A stretch of 64,000 bases of DNA from Tubulanus polymorphus (lineage: Eukaryota > Animalia > Nemertea), in contig NC_134028.1 in NCBI RefSeq assembly GCF_964204645.1, positions 22,254,345 to 22,318,344 of the forward strand, read 5' to 3'. The notes under the pieces are model-generated. The model saw nothing but the letters and a program-made list of their open reading frames with translations. It did no database searches and was not told the DNA's origin. This document shows, piece after piece, positions 11,857 to 26,114 of the stretch (positions are counted from its first letter, which is position 1; each line of letters begins with the position of its first letter). The translations under genes were made by a program, and so were the position numbers.

Positions 11857-14552
11857 AGGTAAAAGATATAGTACTGCTCCATAAGGCTGGATCGTGAAAC
11901 ACTTCGTAGTCCTATATAGGATGTCTTGATCAGGTGTCAAGTTTGACTTTCAGTTAAACATTGGAGTAATCGTGTGACAAAATGATTACTCATAGTTTAA
12001 ACCTAATTTAGAAAATACTCTACTTTCCTACCGAAAGCTAACTCACAAAATGACTAACTATGGGTCCAGGGGCGGTCGGGGTCCTGGATATCTGTAAATT
12101 GATATATTTGTGGCCGTGGGATTGTCACAATGCGTATTTTATATATATACGCACCCCGCGGTTCTTTTCATGCGAAATATGAAGCCGTAGTTTGCGGGTT
12201 ATTAGATGCGCCATGATCTCATTATGATAATAATAATAACAAACTCGTCTGCGAAGTATTATATATACGTACAGAACATCGATGACGTAACTTTTGAAAC
12301 GTTACAGATATCGAATTTCAAATGCTTGTATTTACTGTTTGGTTGTTTCAGTGACTGTCCGCGTACGCATGACTTACTTTGCAATAATAAATCGCCCGGT
12401 TAGTAACCCGTTCAGACGTTCTCTATATAGGTGTTACCAGAAAACCGCGTAATCGTCGAAAATTTCATGTTGGTCGTTTGAGAAATGATTCTTGTATTTG
12501 GTTGAAAACTATTCAGGTTTTAGTCGGCTAACTCGTAATGTCAGTAGCTTTTGAAATCGTGTCTCTCGAAAGAAAAATTCAACCGTTAAGAATTACTCGC
12601 AGTCGAGCTCTTAAACAATCTGGGCCCGAAATTATGAATAAATGAATGTTGAAGTAGTCGAGACCAGCCTCAGGGGCCAGGTTCACAGTTCTGACTTACA
12701 TATGACCAGTCTAAATAATACCGTCTTGGCTCTATAGCCTGACTATCAACTTGAAACCAGCCCAGAATATTTCACAATACAATATACCATACAATAGAAC
12801 TTTCTTGAACTCCAAAATTTTACAATAAAAAACATTTGAGTATGAAATCACATAGTACACACAGTTTGGGCCCAGAACTCAGTTGCACAGTCGTTACTGA
12901 AGTACCAAGTGTTCTCGAAACATACATATTAGGTAGGCTGTCGAAATAGGCTGGTAGGGGGCACCAAGTCCCGAAAATGTAACGAAATTTCCAATTCGTT
13001 TATATCTTACCATTCAAAATATATAAATTGATTAACATAATTGACTTTTTAAAAGCGCGCGCGCGCACACAAGTTTTTTCCACGCCTCTCCCACCGCATG
13101 TTGTTCATATTTCACGAGCTCAAGGGTTAAGTAGAAACATCTGGTGCGTTGTTATTAATTCTTTGACGTATTTACGATAACTAATAAAAATCAACAAGTA
13201 AACATTCGGTCGAGTTGTGAGTTTTCGCTCGGTAAACATGTGTACTTTCGATCAACCTTTGATGCCCCGTATCATCGCAGGCCGTATATACAAACACCGT
13301 TTTCGGGTTGGTTTATTTTGCTTAGGCCCGACTGATGTAGCATTAACTCAAACAAAATATGAAATATTTGTCGGTTCCGCTCTCGCACGAATTACGCGCC
13401 GCGATAGATTTCTTTATTGTTTGTTATTCTTGCGTCGCAAATGGTCTGGAGAATTGCTTCTAGTTTCTGGGGAGAGGTTTGCCGAGAAAGTCTCTGGGTT
13501 TACTTTGTATTGAATGGAACGAACGGGAAACGAAAGGGACCAGAAAACTGGGGCATCTATCTTTACGAGAATCAACTGAATCGATTTTTCTCATTCGCGT
13601 TCTAAGTCGGCGCCTTATTTTAAGCTGGTTAGCCCGTGGACGTATTAACCGGGTTATCCTAACCAAGGATAAGCCCCTAGACTAACTACGGTTAGGCTAC
13701 GTTCAGATAATTACTCGTAGGGCTAACAGGGTTATCCTGCGCCTGCCCCCAGTTTGTAGGAGTCGACTACATGAATATATGTATAAGTCCATGGATTTAT
13801 CTAGCGATAGGTTTTGATGTATTTTTGCTGTATTTTAGGCTCTACGTTTTCGTGTCATTACCTGAAATGATCTGGGTGACTATCCTAATTTGACCAATGC
13901 AAGCAAATCGGCTTAGTAACACGGCCTGCGAGGACCGAATCCTCGGGCGCCCAGCTCCGCGGGATGGGTTCGTTTTAAATTTCCCCCAAATTTGCCGTTT
14001 CCCGTTTGGCCCTGCGTAAAACAAAACCGCTATCAATTTTCGTATTAACTTTGCGAAGCGGCCACGCGAAAGAAACTGCATTCAAACTCCCAAGCGACAA
14101 AACGCGTGGCCCATTTAACTCTGAATCGTGGCCTGTGCGTTGTAATTTGCTAATTACTAGTTTCTCTATCCTTTCTGAAGTCCATCTTCAGTTTCCAAGG
14201 CGTTATTTCTATTGTACGACACTTGAGACGCCACAAAGGCCTCTAATCGTCGAATCATCTCGGTCTATTATCGCACCGGGCCGAATCTTAAACCACTTCT
14301 CATCGATAATATTGTCACCAAGCCGGACTGGTAGACCGTTATCTACCGTTAACCACTTGTCTCCCTCTCGAGAAATCTCGGCAGTTTTTCCGCTGCCCCG
14401 GATTGACTTTCATTTTCCGGACAAAAAAACCGCCACTCGCAACGCCGCGACAGATGGCAGTTTTTAACTCGAGTATCTTCTAAGGAAATATGTGAAAAAA
14501 ACACCCACCCAACATTTTGGATCGGAAGCCTTGAACGTGCAACAACATAAAT

Positions 14553-14860
14553 CAGACCCGTGCTGTGGGGAGTGGGGTGCCAGGGGTAGCGAATGCACCC
14601 CCTAAAATTTTTGAAGTGCCCTTCAAAAAACAGTGTGAAAAAATTTGGGTCTTAGATTTTTTCGAAATTTCGATACAATTTTCATGTTTTTCTTGGAAAA
14701 AAGAATCCATTCTCAAATGAATACTTACTGTTCAGGTACTCGGACAGTCTTCATATCTAAGATATGTCCTTTTTCGATAAGGAAGTGCCCGTTTTAGGGT
14801 GAAAAAGTGCGCTTTTTCTTGAAATAAAACTGTCCCTCAAAAATGGTCGGCACGGGCCTG
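14553..14860 (+). mobile_element. MITE family M2 (CAGGCCCGTGC-type TIR)
   Basis: TIRs cagacccgtgc / gcacgggcctg; internal gcgaa..c.ccccctaaaa...aagtgccct shared with 25910-26114 and 33899-34159. Confidence 0.75.
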
Positions 14861-17172
14861 TAAATATGCTTTATAGGGGTTTTCGTATATGCCAAAATAT
14901 ATAAGAAATATCGCAGTTTGTTTTGTTGATAACATACTGGATCTATGGTATATCATTCGTATTTACTGTGTATTTTCAGGGCGCCACCTGGACAAGAGTA
15001 TCTTAGACGAAGCTGTTCGTGGATGCTTGAAATCGTGACGAGGAGCTGAATATCATTTAATAAATAAACAATTCCCCAATTTATCAATGTAATCTTGTAA
15101 ATAAACTAACAATACTCATAAATATAGCGTGATACAGTGTGGCTTTTTCGGTTATGGTTTTGTATGCACCGACCTCCATTCAATCAAGTTAAATCGACTT
15201 CTATTTCAATTATTGGAAATTCGACTAAACCAGTGACTGTGGGCCAGGTTCATCTTAAAGATCTGAATCAGTTTATCTCGTTAGAATTGACGCCGGCTTA
15301 GTGTAAAACATATTCACCTCTTCGACGAATGTAGCGACATGAAATTTAAAATTGTACACATATTTCACGCGCGGATCGACACCCGCCTACCTCAAAAAAG
15401 ACTTTGAAATATGAATAGAAGGACTTGACTATTTTTTTTACAAATAGGACAATATTTACAGGAGAAAGTGCTACGGGCCGAACAATACATTACGGACCTA
15501 CATCCGATAGAAATGTGTATCAACTTCCCTTTTATGAATGAACTGCGTAACATATAGATAAGGCAAACACATGTAAATGATGTTTGACGCGTTTATCATT
15601 TGAGCATTTCGTTTTGCCGAGGATATATTCGATATGCATACGTTATCTACACATTTACTTAGTGGCAGTCGTCGAAGATATTGTTAATTAAAATAAATCG
15701 GATTTGCTTCTGTCTCCGAAAAGGCTTTTCTTCCTGTCTTTATAATCCAAACATATTCAGCCGATCCGAGCTTTATTCCTAAATTGCATTAACGTTACTC
15801 TTAATTGGTTTTCTGTTGTGTACGGCGCGAAACGAACCGAGATCTAAGATATGATTCCATTTTCAACTGGACGTATTTAGAAAAAAAAGGTAAATACTCT
15901 CGATCGAGCCGGTTTCCGACTTAAGTTAATTCGGTAAATGTTATCTCGATCGGGACTGTGTGTACGTCTGCGATAGGTTATCGCCCGGGTTTGTATCAAA
16001 GTCGAGAGTATCCATTTTATCGTGATACGTATAATAATGATATGCTCAGAATCAGAAACGAATCCAGACTCGTTAATTGATATGTAGAACGCTCCTTTTG
16101 CGCTGGAAAATTATGCTGCATTTTCCTAACGCAAATAGAAAATCTAATTCCCTGTATCTGTACCCAGTTTTCCATTAGGATTTAGGTAAAAATCGGGGAA
16201 TTCTGACTCTTGATAATCGCAGGGAAAAGAAAAATTCCGTGAATTTGAATTTTTCATTGATGTATAGATTCGTCTATCCAGGTTTTAGATAATTAAATCC
16301 TGATTAGGCATACAGTTGTATGCGAAAGCTTACAAGTAAGTGCTCAAATATTATCCAGAGGATCGAAGTTATAAATAGATTTAACTAATTTGAATTGTTG
16401 GTGTCTAATAATATTGTTCTCGCTGGTGACGAGAGGCACGAGGAACCTCTTGATAAGAAAGAAAGAGCCCGGCACTACTGCAGAGATATCTTGTGAATAA
16501 ATCAGGAATCCTTAGACTTAGGTTCAGGGAAAATATCTAGGAATTTTGGATTCCACGATCTGTAAGAACTCTGTCCGCCAAATATATAAAATATAAAAAT
16601 CATTGTCGAATTTCAAGCGTCCATTATCCGTAAGATAAACATTGGCCTGCCACGGTGTAAAACTAATTTCCAGCATAAAGAAACCTATTGGCGCCTAATC
16701 CGTTCGGTTTTAACACCCTGCACTATAGAATTGTGCTATTTTCTTTACGAATCCGCGAATATATTCGTTCCGAATAGATCCCGGTGTCTGAATGACAGCG
16801 CGTTGTATCTGTCGGTTTTGTATACGCTACTTAGACGCGTTATTGTTAAACGGGCGATTTTTAATGCGGGGCGAAAATACATTTTTAACACAGAAGAAAA
16901 TATTCTTTTTATTAGTAAAACACATATTTGTAGATGGTGTATTAAAACCGCGTTATAATACGAGCCAGTCAACCGTGCGAACACGGTTTGTATCCATTGA
17001 ATCAACATTATGATCTCGATTCTGTCAACGGCTTTGCTATACGAATCCAATCCGAAGCGATCGCGGGTACCCGCCCACCGCTCTCGTTCGCGAGCGCCAT
17101 TGAACGAGCGCGGTCGACTGGGCGTGGCTTCGACGAGCGCTTCACTCGTGTATTAGTCCGGCTGGTTTACGC

Positions 17173-17257
17173 CACGTGATAATGATTGACAGGCGTAATG
17201 GCGAGATCTAGCGATATCTCTAGACTCGAAGGTGTTGTTCAACTTTGGATATAAATA
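17173..17257 (+). promoter_or_regulatory. Probable FoxD core/proximal promoter
   Basis: E-box CACGTG (17173-17178), TGATTGACAG Pbx-Meis/Prep type decamer (17183-17192) and TATAAATA (17250-17257) about 230 bp upstream of the first ATG. Confidence 0.55.
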
Positions 17258-17485
17258 CTCGAAGTGGGTGGCCACTAAAAACATAGGTTCCATTGGTTTT
17301 AGATCATATCTATACAGACTACTTGCTGACGATACATCACGATTAGATCTCAACCACGACACCTCTGAATAAGTGATATCGCCGCACTGTGTCTCGGAGC
17401 TTGCTGCTGCTGGTGGTGCTTCTGCTGCGTGAGTTCGTGGTAAGAAGTTTATTCTCTTTACGGATTGAAGTCAGGAAGAATCCGA

Positions 17486-18907
17486 ATGCAAAGTATGCGT
17501 TTTGACGGTAACATTGCGGCCGGTGGCGTCAATCCGGCGACAGTCGCCGAACATTTTCAATACCTGGCTCATCAGCAACATCGTCGGGCCATGATGACCG
17601 CTTCGCCGGAGGTATTTTCGGGTCAGGTGAATAGTTCGATAAACGCGGGTTCGCCCGTGGACCGGGCTGGCGACGGTCCGATCGCTCAGTTACATCCGGC
17701 GCATCAACGGCCTAGATCTATCGTCGCATCGGCGCCCGGTGAACGGATTATAAACAAGCAAGAAGAACAGCCGGAAAATCATCACCAAGAAATGACGACC
17801 GAATCGATGCACGATTCGAACGAAGAAGACGACGATTTGGACGTTTGCGGACACGTTGAAGACGACTGCTCGGGCGACGGCGTAAACAATAACAATAAAT
17901 TCTCGGACGCTGAAAGCGATAGCGAAGTTATAAAAGCGGATAACAATAATTCGACGGACATTACCGTCGACGAGGAGGAGGACAACGAAAGCGGTAGCGA
18001 GTCGTCGGGTGGTTCGGCGAGTAAGAAACCGGGTAAAAACCACGTCGTCAAACCGCCTTATTCCTATATAGCTCTAATAACAATGTCGATTCTACAATCG
18101 CCGCAGAAAAGACTGACGCTCAGCGGTATTTGTGAATTCATAATGAACAGATTTCCGTATTACCGAGAAAAATTTCCCGCTTGGCAAAATAGCATTCGTC
18201 ATAATCTATCGTTGAACGACTGTTTCGTGAAGATTCCCCGCGAGCCCGGCAACCCGGGTAAAGGCAATTACTGGACTCTCGATCCGAACAGCGAGGATAT
18301 GTTCGACAACGGTAGTTTTCTACGTCGGCGAAAACGTTTCAAACGCCCGACGGAAAATTACCACCATCCGAATTCGTTTCTGCCCGAGCCGTACGGGCAT
18401 CCGGGGTTCCTGCACCACCCGACGCTACCCTACCCGTACATGGCGCCGCTGCCGTCACCGATGCATCTACTACAGCCTCCGACGACGGCTCCTGATCTCA
18501 GTCGAGTGACTCTAACCCCGTTGAGTTTCGGGGGTCTGAGCGGCGCGTCGTCGGCCGCCGCCGCCGCAGCCTCCAATAATTCCCCGGGTGGAGGTGGTGT
18601 CAACAGCGAGGCGCCTAACACGACTACATCGAGGGGCAGTGTCGGGTTTACTATCGACTCAATTATAGGTAAAACTAGTGATACGAAAACTGTCGGACAT
18701 TCTCGGCCGCCGATGGCGATGGGTATGACGATTCCGACGTCGTTAGCGGCGCAAATACCGCCGTCGTTGCGGCCCTATTTGGACTTCGCCAGGCCGTCGA
18801 TGGCCAGCGCATTTACGTCGCCGTTGCCGATGGCTTTATCGGCGATAGACCTGGAAAAATATCGACAATACGTACAATCGTGCGGACTGGCTTCGTGGCC
18901 GAGATAA
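17486..18907 (+). CDS. FoxD: Forkhead box protein D (FoxD, FoxD3-like), single exon, 473 aa from the first ATG
   Basis: Forkhead domain [79 protein letters not shown]...[15 protein letters not shown] (18050-18346) has FoxD-class residues; acidic N-terminal region; C-terminal eh1 Groucho-binding motif FTIDSIIG (18647-18670). The ORF-track start 17465 is TTG; first ATG is 17486, alternative 17495. Confidence 0.97.
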   Translation: MQSMRFDGNIAAGGVNPATVAEHFQYLAHQQHRRAMMTASPEVFSGQVNSSINAGSPVDRAGDGPIAQLHPAHQRPRSIVASAPGERIINKQEEQPENHHQEMTTESMHDSNEEDDDLDVCGHVEDDCSGDGVNNNNKFSDAESDSEVIKADNNNSTDITVDEEEDNESGSESSGGSASKKPGKNHVVKPPYSYIALITMSILQSPQKRLTLSGICEFIMNRFPYYREKFPAWQNSIRHNLSLNDCFVKIPREPGNPGKGNYWTLDPNSEDMFDNGSFLRRRKRFKRPTENYHHPNSFLPEPYGHPGFLHHPTLPYPYMAPLPSPMHLLQPPTTAPDLSRVTLTPLSFGGLSGASSAAAAAASNNSPGGGGVNSEAPNTTTSRGSVGFTIDSIIGKTSDTKTVGHSRPPMAMGMTIPTSLAAQIPPSLRPYLDFARPSMASAFTSPLPMALSAIDLEKYRQYVQSCGLASWPR

Positions 18908-19278
18908 TCGCGGAGGGCGCCGTAACTCAGGTAAAAATAACATCAACAAAATTAACTGACTTGTCATTACTATACACACATATACATGTATAGTAAAACT
19001 AGAAGTGACTTGAAAAGTGTACAGTAGTCGAAACGGATGTAAATACGTAATATATTGCTATATTTAAATAAGCTGTAATTTATGAAACTCGTAATAATTC
19101 CGAAACATATCCAGAATAATATCAGTGATCTCTTCTATATCGACGGTTGGAACTGGAAGTTAAAACAAACTGATTCGATCCCGCGCGCGCGTGTGTGAAT
19201 ACTGAACTGAAATACAAGTATATATACATGTGCACCGGTGTATACGTATGCTATTTAGGTGAGTTATCGCTATTTGAT

Positions 19279-19284
19279 AATAAA
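19279..19284 (+). promoter_or_regulatory. Candidate polyadenylation signal of FoxD
   Basis: AATAAA about 370 nt after the stop in an AT-rich 3' region. Confidence 0.35.
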
Positions 19285-22200
19285 CACCCTGGGATGAAAT
19301 ATAACTTGTATAAATATACAAATATATAAGATTATTTGGAACTATTGTGTTTGAACAATTCTTATTGATATATACGTGAAAGGGTTTAGAAAATTCTATA
19401 TTTTGAAATTGAAAATGCCATACTTTAAAAACTCGTCGACTTGTTTCTCCGGAAACCAGAAATTATTTTTTTGTCGTCGTTTATTTTGAATGAGTTCGTC
19501 CGAACTGTATTCTGCAATATTGTAATATTTACCCTTATTTCTCATATCAGAATTCGCGCATCGGTATCGATGCGAAAAATATCGAAAAAATTGTGCATAT
19601 CTGGATCGAAAAAACCCTCTGCTTTTGTACTGTTCATTCTCTCAGTGTTTCTGTGTGTAAAGATCCTATCAGCAAAAAACGACTATCGTAAGATTATATT
19701 TCCATTGAAAATCGCTCTTGTACATATCTTTAAAAGTCGGTATAAATATATCGTGAATATATTATAAATACATTATATATTATTATGAAAAAAGAAGCTA
19801 TATAAACTTGTATTAAAAGGTTTCAGTTGCAGAGAAACGCGCGTATAAAATTATTGTGATGTCAGACATTTCTTTTAAAGAAAAAGAGAGATGAATAAGA
19901 AAATGTTTATCGTAATTTCCAAGTCTTTGTGTCAGTATTATTTTCGCCGTGTTTGTCGTCAACTTGGAAAACGTTTCTCAGATCGTGCGACTCAGCCAAT
20001 CTTTTTTATGGGACCATCCGTATCTGTCATATTTTCACGAGGAAGCCAGGGCGATTGAAACTTTGCCGTCCTACTCGAATAGCTATCAAAATTCAATTCG
20101 AGTTTTAGAATATCTTCGAAAAGAAACTTCCTTCGAAGGAAGGCCATCCCAGGCTACGGCCATCTTATAGTTCAATGATCAGATTAAAAACTTCAATCCA
20201 GCCTCGAGGTTTAAGACCACTTTTCGACTAATTCTCTCGACTTCGGAACTGGCCCCCGGTGCATATCATCATCACTTTCAAGCAGCTCCCACGACGAACG
20301 AGGTCCCGATGACACAATTCTCTACAATACAGGAGAAAGTATGAACAGCAGATTTGTGTTGCCTGGTGAGGGAAAGAAACATGCGTTTAACACGTGTGTG
20401 AACTGTTGTAAAAACTGTCAGCTTTCCAGCGATGTTATCTTCGATATTTATCCTGTAATTTTACGGGTCAGAGAAGCGAGATGCCCCTACCGGTTGTTTC
20501 TACCATCAAAATGTATGAAGACTTTGCATAATTAAGCTAGAAATTAGCTTGCTTCTAAAAACACGAATACAAGCCCATTCCTGAATACTTTGTTATTTCG
20601 TGATACAAAAGAATCGAATCAAATCGCGCTCGCTTGTTCGAATTATCAACTAATCATCACACGATAAGCACAACTCGTTCGCACGTAAATTCCCCGTGTT
20701 TACAGTAACGATAAGTACATGTTTATGTCGCATTAACACGAGAACTGATAATATAATAATAATATACAGTAGCAGCAATAACAAACACATGCAAATCAGT
20801 CGACTTCAAAGATAGATCGCATCCGAAAAAAAACAAACAACCAAAAAGTCCTCAAAAAGTCTTTACATCAAAAAATTTTACATCATTGGCGTTTTCCGGT
20901 CCCGACTTAAGTTTGTAGATCGGGTTCGAGTCCCGAATTATGTTGGGCAGATTGAGTTCGAGTCCTGAATTTCCCAGCAGATGATTTTCGCTCGAAGTGG
21001 GAAAACGTCGCACAGAATATTTTCAATTCTCATCACTCAATACATCGATCAATCATCGATCAAAGGCATTTGAAAACGTATTTTGGGAATGAGAAATATG
21101 AAATAATCCTGCGTTTAATTAAATAAACGTTTCTAGATATCAATCAACGACGTTTTCGTGCCAAAACAAGGCGATTCGCGTAGAAGCAGAGGCGTTACGT
21201 GTGAGAAGATATTCGCTGGGAGAAAGGAGATATCAAATTAACAACGTTCCAGCAGGTTATGATGGTGAATTTATCTGGTGCGGTGAGTAGTTGTTCGCGC
21301 CGTTGAGGGGGTGTCGAGATTATCGCCTATCGCGTAACAGGATACGACTGATAAACGTTGACTTATCTGACTGTATCGATGCACATGCGTAAACGATTTG
21401 TTCTAGAGCGCTGAAAACACTCGATTTTGTCTGATATAATCGCGTAGAAACAGGTTGTTCTCTTAGCTGCTTTTTTAGCATTTTTTAACAACTTCTTTCG
21501 TTTATTTGCGATTAGGAAATCTTTGTGACGAATCTAATTCGAAATAGTGATTTCCTCATGATTTCCTCAACGATTCCGGGTTTTATGTATTACGGGATAT
21601 GAAAACAACGTTGATGGAACCTAGGTTATTCAAGCGAAGACTTTGCCCCTTTCTAGCGAATCAGAAGTACAACGAATAAGAAAAAAACATCTTCACGCTG
21701 GCAGGGAGAAATCGGGGACTGAGATCTGAGCGACTTTTATGGCATTCTGGCTGTTCCACCATGGACAGAAAAGATACATTTTAGAGCATTCGTCTTACAG
21801 AAAGAGCACCTTTTCGACCTTTTTTTGCGACAACATCGTGACCTTTTTGACAACGTGACATTTCTGTAAACGGGAGTTCTTGAAACCGATGACGATTCAT
21901 AAAGCCCCCTGATCCGCCCACGGTTCGAGGAATGCATGCTTAATTATCTATCTGAAACATATTTGAAGGAGATTTTTTGCTCGAGTTTTTCGACACGTCT
22001 GACGTACATATAATAGTACACGGGGATCAGTGAACGACATGTGCGTTTTGCTTCGTTGGAAAAATTATACGAAAACTTATCGACCGCCATTGACAGAATG
22101 TTTGCCATATATGTTACATACACATGTATGTTAAACCTTTGAGTAATTATTGAATTACCCCTAGGTTTAACCACTTCAGTAGAGAGTGAATCGATTTAAT

Positions 22201-25200
22201 GATGAAATCATCCGTACAGATTGAAGCCTGTACGATCAAGACTCTGTGATTATAGTCCTATACCCGAAGCTGACGAAATCGTTAATCTTTTTTTCACGAA
22301 TCGTTTTTTTAACTCGACACGATCTAATCTTGGGGTGGTTTTTTTCGGGAGGCTTTAAGCGTAGCAAACGCTCCTTAAGAAACCTACATCATTATGGAAT
22401 TTAATACGGTAATACCTACTCTTCCTTGTTGGATAAAATTGTTCGCTAGATGCTATATCAAATAGCTTTAAAATCCCACATCTTTATTGTTTTATTGTTC
22501 GTTTTCATGTTCTTGATATTCAGTTCAGATCATTGTGTTTCTTTTTTTTAAATCAAGTTATTGAAAGTAACTACACAAGCTATTGCTCGCAATGGATGCG
22601 ATGTTCTTATTTGTTTTGCATTTTAGAAGTTTTTTTTTTTAATGATATATAAGTGCTGTGTAAATGTCGCGCAATATACAACATTAGTAATAAACGTTAC
22701 GTCTGTAGAACAGGACGTGAGACAAAGTGACTTCTTGTTTCTTTCAGTTTAGATAAGATTTTGTGCGTATTAAAGACACATGACTCAATAGTCGCAGAAA
22801 TCAAACATGTACTTGTGTATGCACATACATATAAACTGCGGTGCGCTAGGGTTACTATCAAATATTGTAATACTTAAAGCGCACTTGAAAACAGTGTTGT
22901 GTATGAAATTGCATTAAAAGTACCACACGATTGATCGCATAAAGAACATTTCAGTTCCATTACGGCGCGCCCTGGGGGTTGATTTACACACTGTGTTTTG
23001 TTTGGATGATGCACGCTCCTTCGGCTTTCGTATTAAACCCTTTTCTAATGAAATCAGTTTAAATAAGGATCGCAAACAGCCGTCTTTAAATCCGGTACGG
23101 AATTATAAACAATTGTCGCATTTAAGCGCGTACTTACAAGCGAAATATATTTAGTTTTGGGCGGCCATTGTTGTCTAGTTTGATCTGTTTTTAAGGAGCC
23201 TACGGGCAGACGATCGAAGTTATGAAAGCTGCGTTCTGTGTTCGGTTTCGAGATGTTTCTTCAGCGTTCAGAGAACGACCTGTGAATGGCTCCCGCTGGT
23301 GAGTATTATTGGGTGATTAAGACGCAGCCCTGCGGCACCCCATTGTTACGCCCGAAGAATCTGGGCTTTTTGTAGTCGCTGCATACCATCCTACAATCGG
23401 GATTTCGCATTATTGTTATGATTATGGATCTTCAAATTTTGACAATATGCGACACGACAGCGTACGGTCACACAAACCGGCAATTTGTTCGTCGAGATTT
23501 CATTGAAAGCACAAACGCCGCAGTTGAAATTACAAATAGCATCGGATCCGACCAAGCCGCTTGATTTTTTGTCAAGTCATCCGTTATAATGGACACAGAT
23601 TGGGTTGCTGTTGAAGATAATAGACCCCCGGTCGGTTGCAAAAACAGATGGCCACCAGAATCAACAAAAGCTAACTAAAGCTAAACCATTTCAAAACAGA
23701 CTCGTTAAGTTTTTGAGGTAAAATATTTACTGATCTGGATTGTTTAAACAAACTCTCATTTCTAGAAATGAAATCCGGACACCGACCGCGTTCGTAGCAG
23801 TGTTAGTAAATGTGTTTGTTTACGTCCCGACGTGCGGGAACGGGCAACATGGCTGCTGAAAATGTGACCTATATACAGGGACGAGATGCTTATTCGTCCG
23901 AAATAAAGGTGGAAGCACCTCCCGAAGGCGAGATTTAGATAGATCGGGTTAACGACGAGGAAATGTCTACCGATGTGGAGGACAATCATCGCGCCCCGGG
24001 GTGACGTGCGCGCGCGTCGTCGACGCTCTGTATCGAAACAAATCGTTAGCGAGAAGCGATTCAATCAAAACCTGCTTCTCGGCTTTGTGCGGATTGTTTT
24101 TGAGAATCGCCAGGGAAAATTTTATTAGAAATTCGATTCATTTCTCGAATAATGTTATTTACCGTAAGCCTTTGTAGTAGATTGGTAATTTTACGGTGGA
24201 TGGCTATAGTTCTACCGGTGCTGGCACAGTCACGCCATAAGCCTCTCTGCGCGCTGCAGTTCCCATCGTCGTTACGGCGGGATCGTTTTGACAAGAATTC
24301 TTCCCTTGCTCGTATCATTATCTTATTATCTTTGATTGAATATTTTCCGAAACCGAATTCCAGTGATATTAGAGCGAGATAAAAGTTTATGATTAGGAGG
24401 AAAGTGACGAATAACGTATAATGTATCAAATTGCATTTAAGAAGAGGATTTTTTATATTTGTTTTAGTATTTTCTTATTCGCAAAATAAGTACATCCCTA
24501 ATTCGCGGTCTTTGAATAATTTGCATTACAATATATTTTGTTAGGATGAACGGGAATTAAAGTACCGTACAAGATGATAATATTTATTTGAGAATTTTTC
24601 GATATCATTATGTTCACGCATTTACTGTTCACGCGAATAGGGAATTATTTCTGCGCACGCTATTACGAATTGTACACAACTTAAACTCAATGAAAATTGT
24701 CGACTTTTTCCAGAAACGCATTGTGTCAACAGAAAGGAATTAAATTTGCCGTATTTTTCGAGACAAAAAATAATGAACTGGAACGATGAACATAATGTAA
24801 ACACGATTTCGTTCAGATCACGATTATTGTGTAAATGAACAACTGGGTTTATTGCGTTCGGTATTTCGACATGGTGTAGAACTAAGAATCGCCGTAAAAT
24901 GGCCGTCTATTATCGAGTTCGAATCCCAGATTTTGCTTTCCGAAACACCTCCGTTTTCAATTAATCCTCTGGACAAACAATCCTTTTCTTAATCGATTTC
25001 GACCGGATACAATTCAAGAACGCTCTCGTTCGGAAAACAGATCATGCGCGCAGCGAATTTACAAAACAGTTGATATTTCGCGCGTGGGAGAACTATAAAA
25101 CACGTAAGCAAATATCGAGGACATCTTTCGGCAAGTAGAACAAAACATGGCTTGATTAATAGGACGTTGTGTAATAATCTATTCGAAGAGGGACTTCCGC

Positions 25201-25909
25201 ACGAAATGAAAAGTAGGAAAAATACAGATTAAAAACAGTTTATAAATGAATGAATATTGTAAACTCACAAATTACGCATACATAGTACATACGCATACGT
25301 ATTTTAAGAAAAGCACATCTCCAAGCCGGAGGCTGTTACATGAGGGGGGGGGGGGGGTGCCCTAAACTATTAATAGTAACTATAATCATGGTAATGATAA
25401 TAATAATATATACAATAAAATTACCAATAATTATTCATAATGATAATAAATAATAATAGTAATAGTAATTGTAATAAAATATTTTTTTTAAAAGTTAATC
25501 ATCAAGAATAATGTAATCATTAAATGACATGACGTTTCTGAGTCTCTGTAGAGACTATCGATAGAGAAGTACAATGTATATACCAGAGGAAGATTTGAGA
25601 CTTTTTTTGATTATGATCATTCGGTGTCTTTCATTCTTGTTCACACGATCTCATCAGAAATGAGTCAGAGAGCGCGGCTGCTGTTGTTGAGCGTCGTGCA
25701 ACTCCGAAATATTCGACGAATCCGACAGTAGACCGATTTACAGGTGAAGACCTATACCATACTCAGTGGATCCGGAGATTCCAATCTGTTTAGCAAACGC
25801 TTAGAGGTACATAATTACCATTGGGAAAAATAAATACAGTTAACCACTCATCTAACCCAGACATGCCTGGCTAACTCTACATTTTCGAGCCAAAGCCTGG
25901 GTCTCGCAG

Positions 25910-26114
25910 CAGCCCCGTGCTAAGGGGGTTCGGGGGCAGCGAACGAACCCCCTAAAAGTGCCCTCCAAAAATTTAGTGCGAAAAGATTTTTCGAAATTTC
26001 GATACAATTTTCATGTATTTTCTTTGGAAAATGAAGAATAATCAATTCATGGTAAAAAAGTGCCCTCCTCGATCTTGAAATAGAACTGCCCCTAACAGGC
26101 TCGGCATGGACCTG
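25910..26114 (+). mobile_element. MITE family M2 copy
   Basis: cagccccgtgc ... gcatggacctg ends; shares agattttttcgaaatttcgatacaattttcatg with the 14553 copy. Confidence 0.75.

Noticed and set aside
17465-17485. ORF-track TTG start for FoxD
   Set aside because: Eukaryotic gene; the first in-frame ATG is at 17486.
17690-18621. Antisense ORFs inside FoxD (and likewise the alternative-frame ORFs inside the ankyrin gene)
   Set aside because: Shadow frames of GC-rich coding sequence, with no independent features.
23575-23595. ccgttataatgg resembling part of miR-2001
   Set aside because: The seed region does not match and no hairpin is evident. No known conserved miRNA was recognised by eye in the window.
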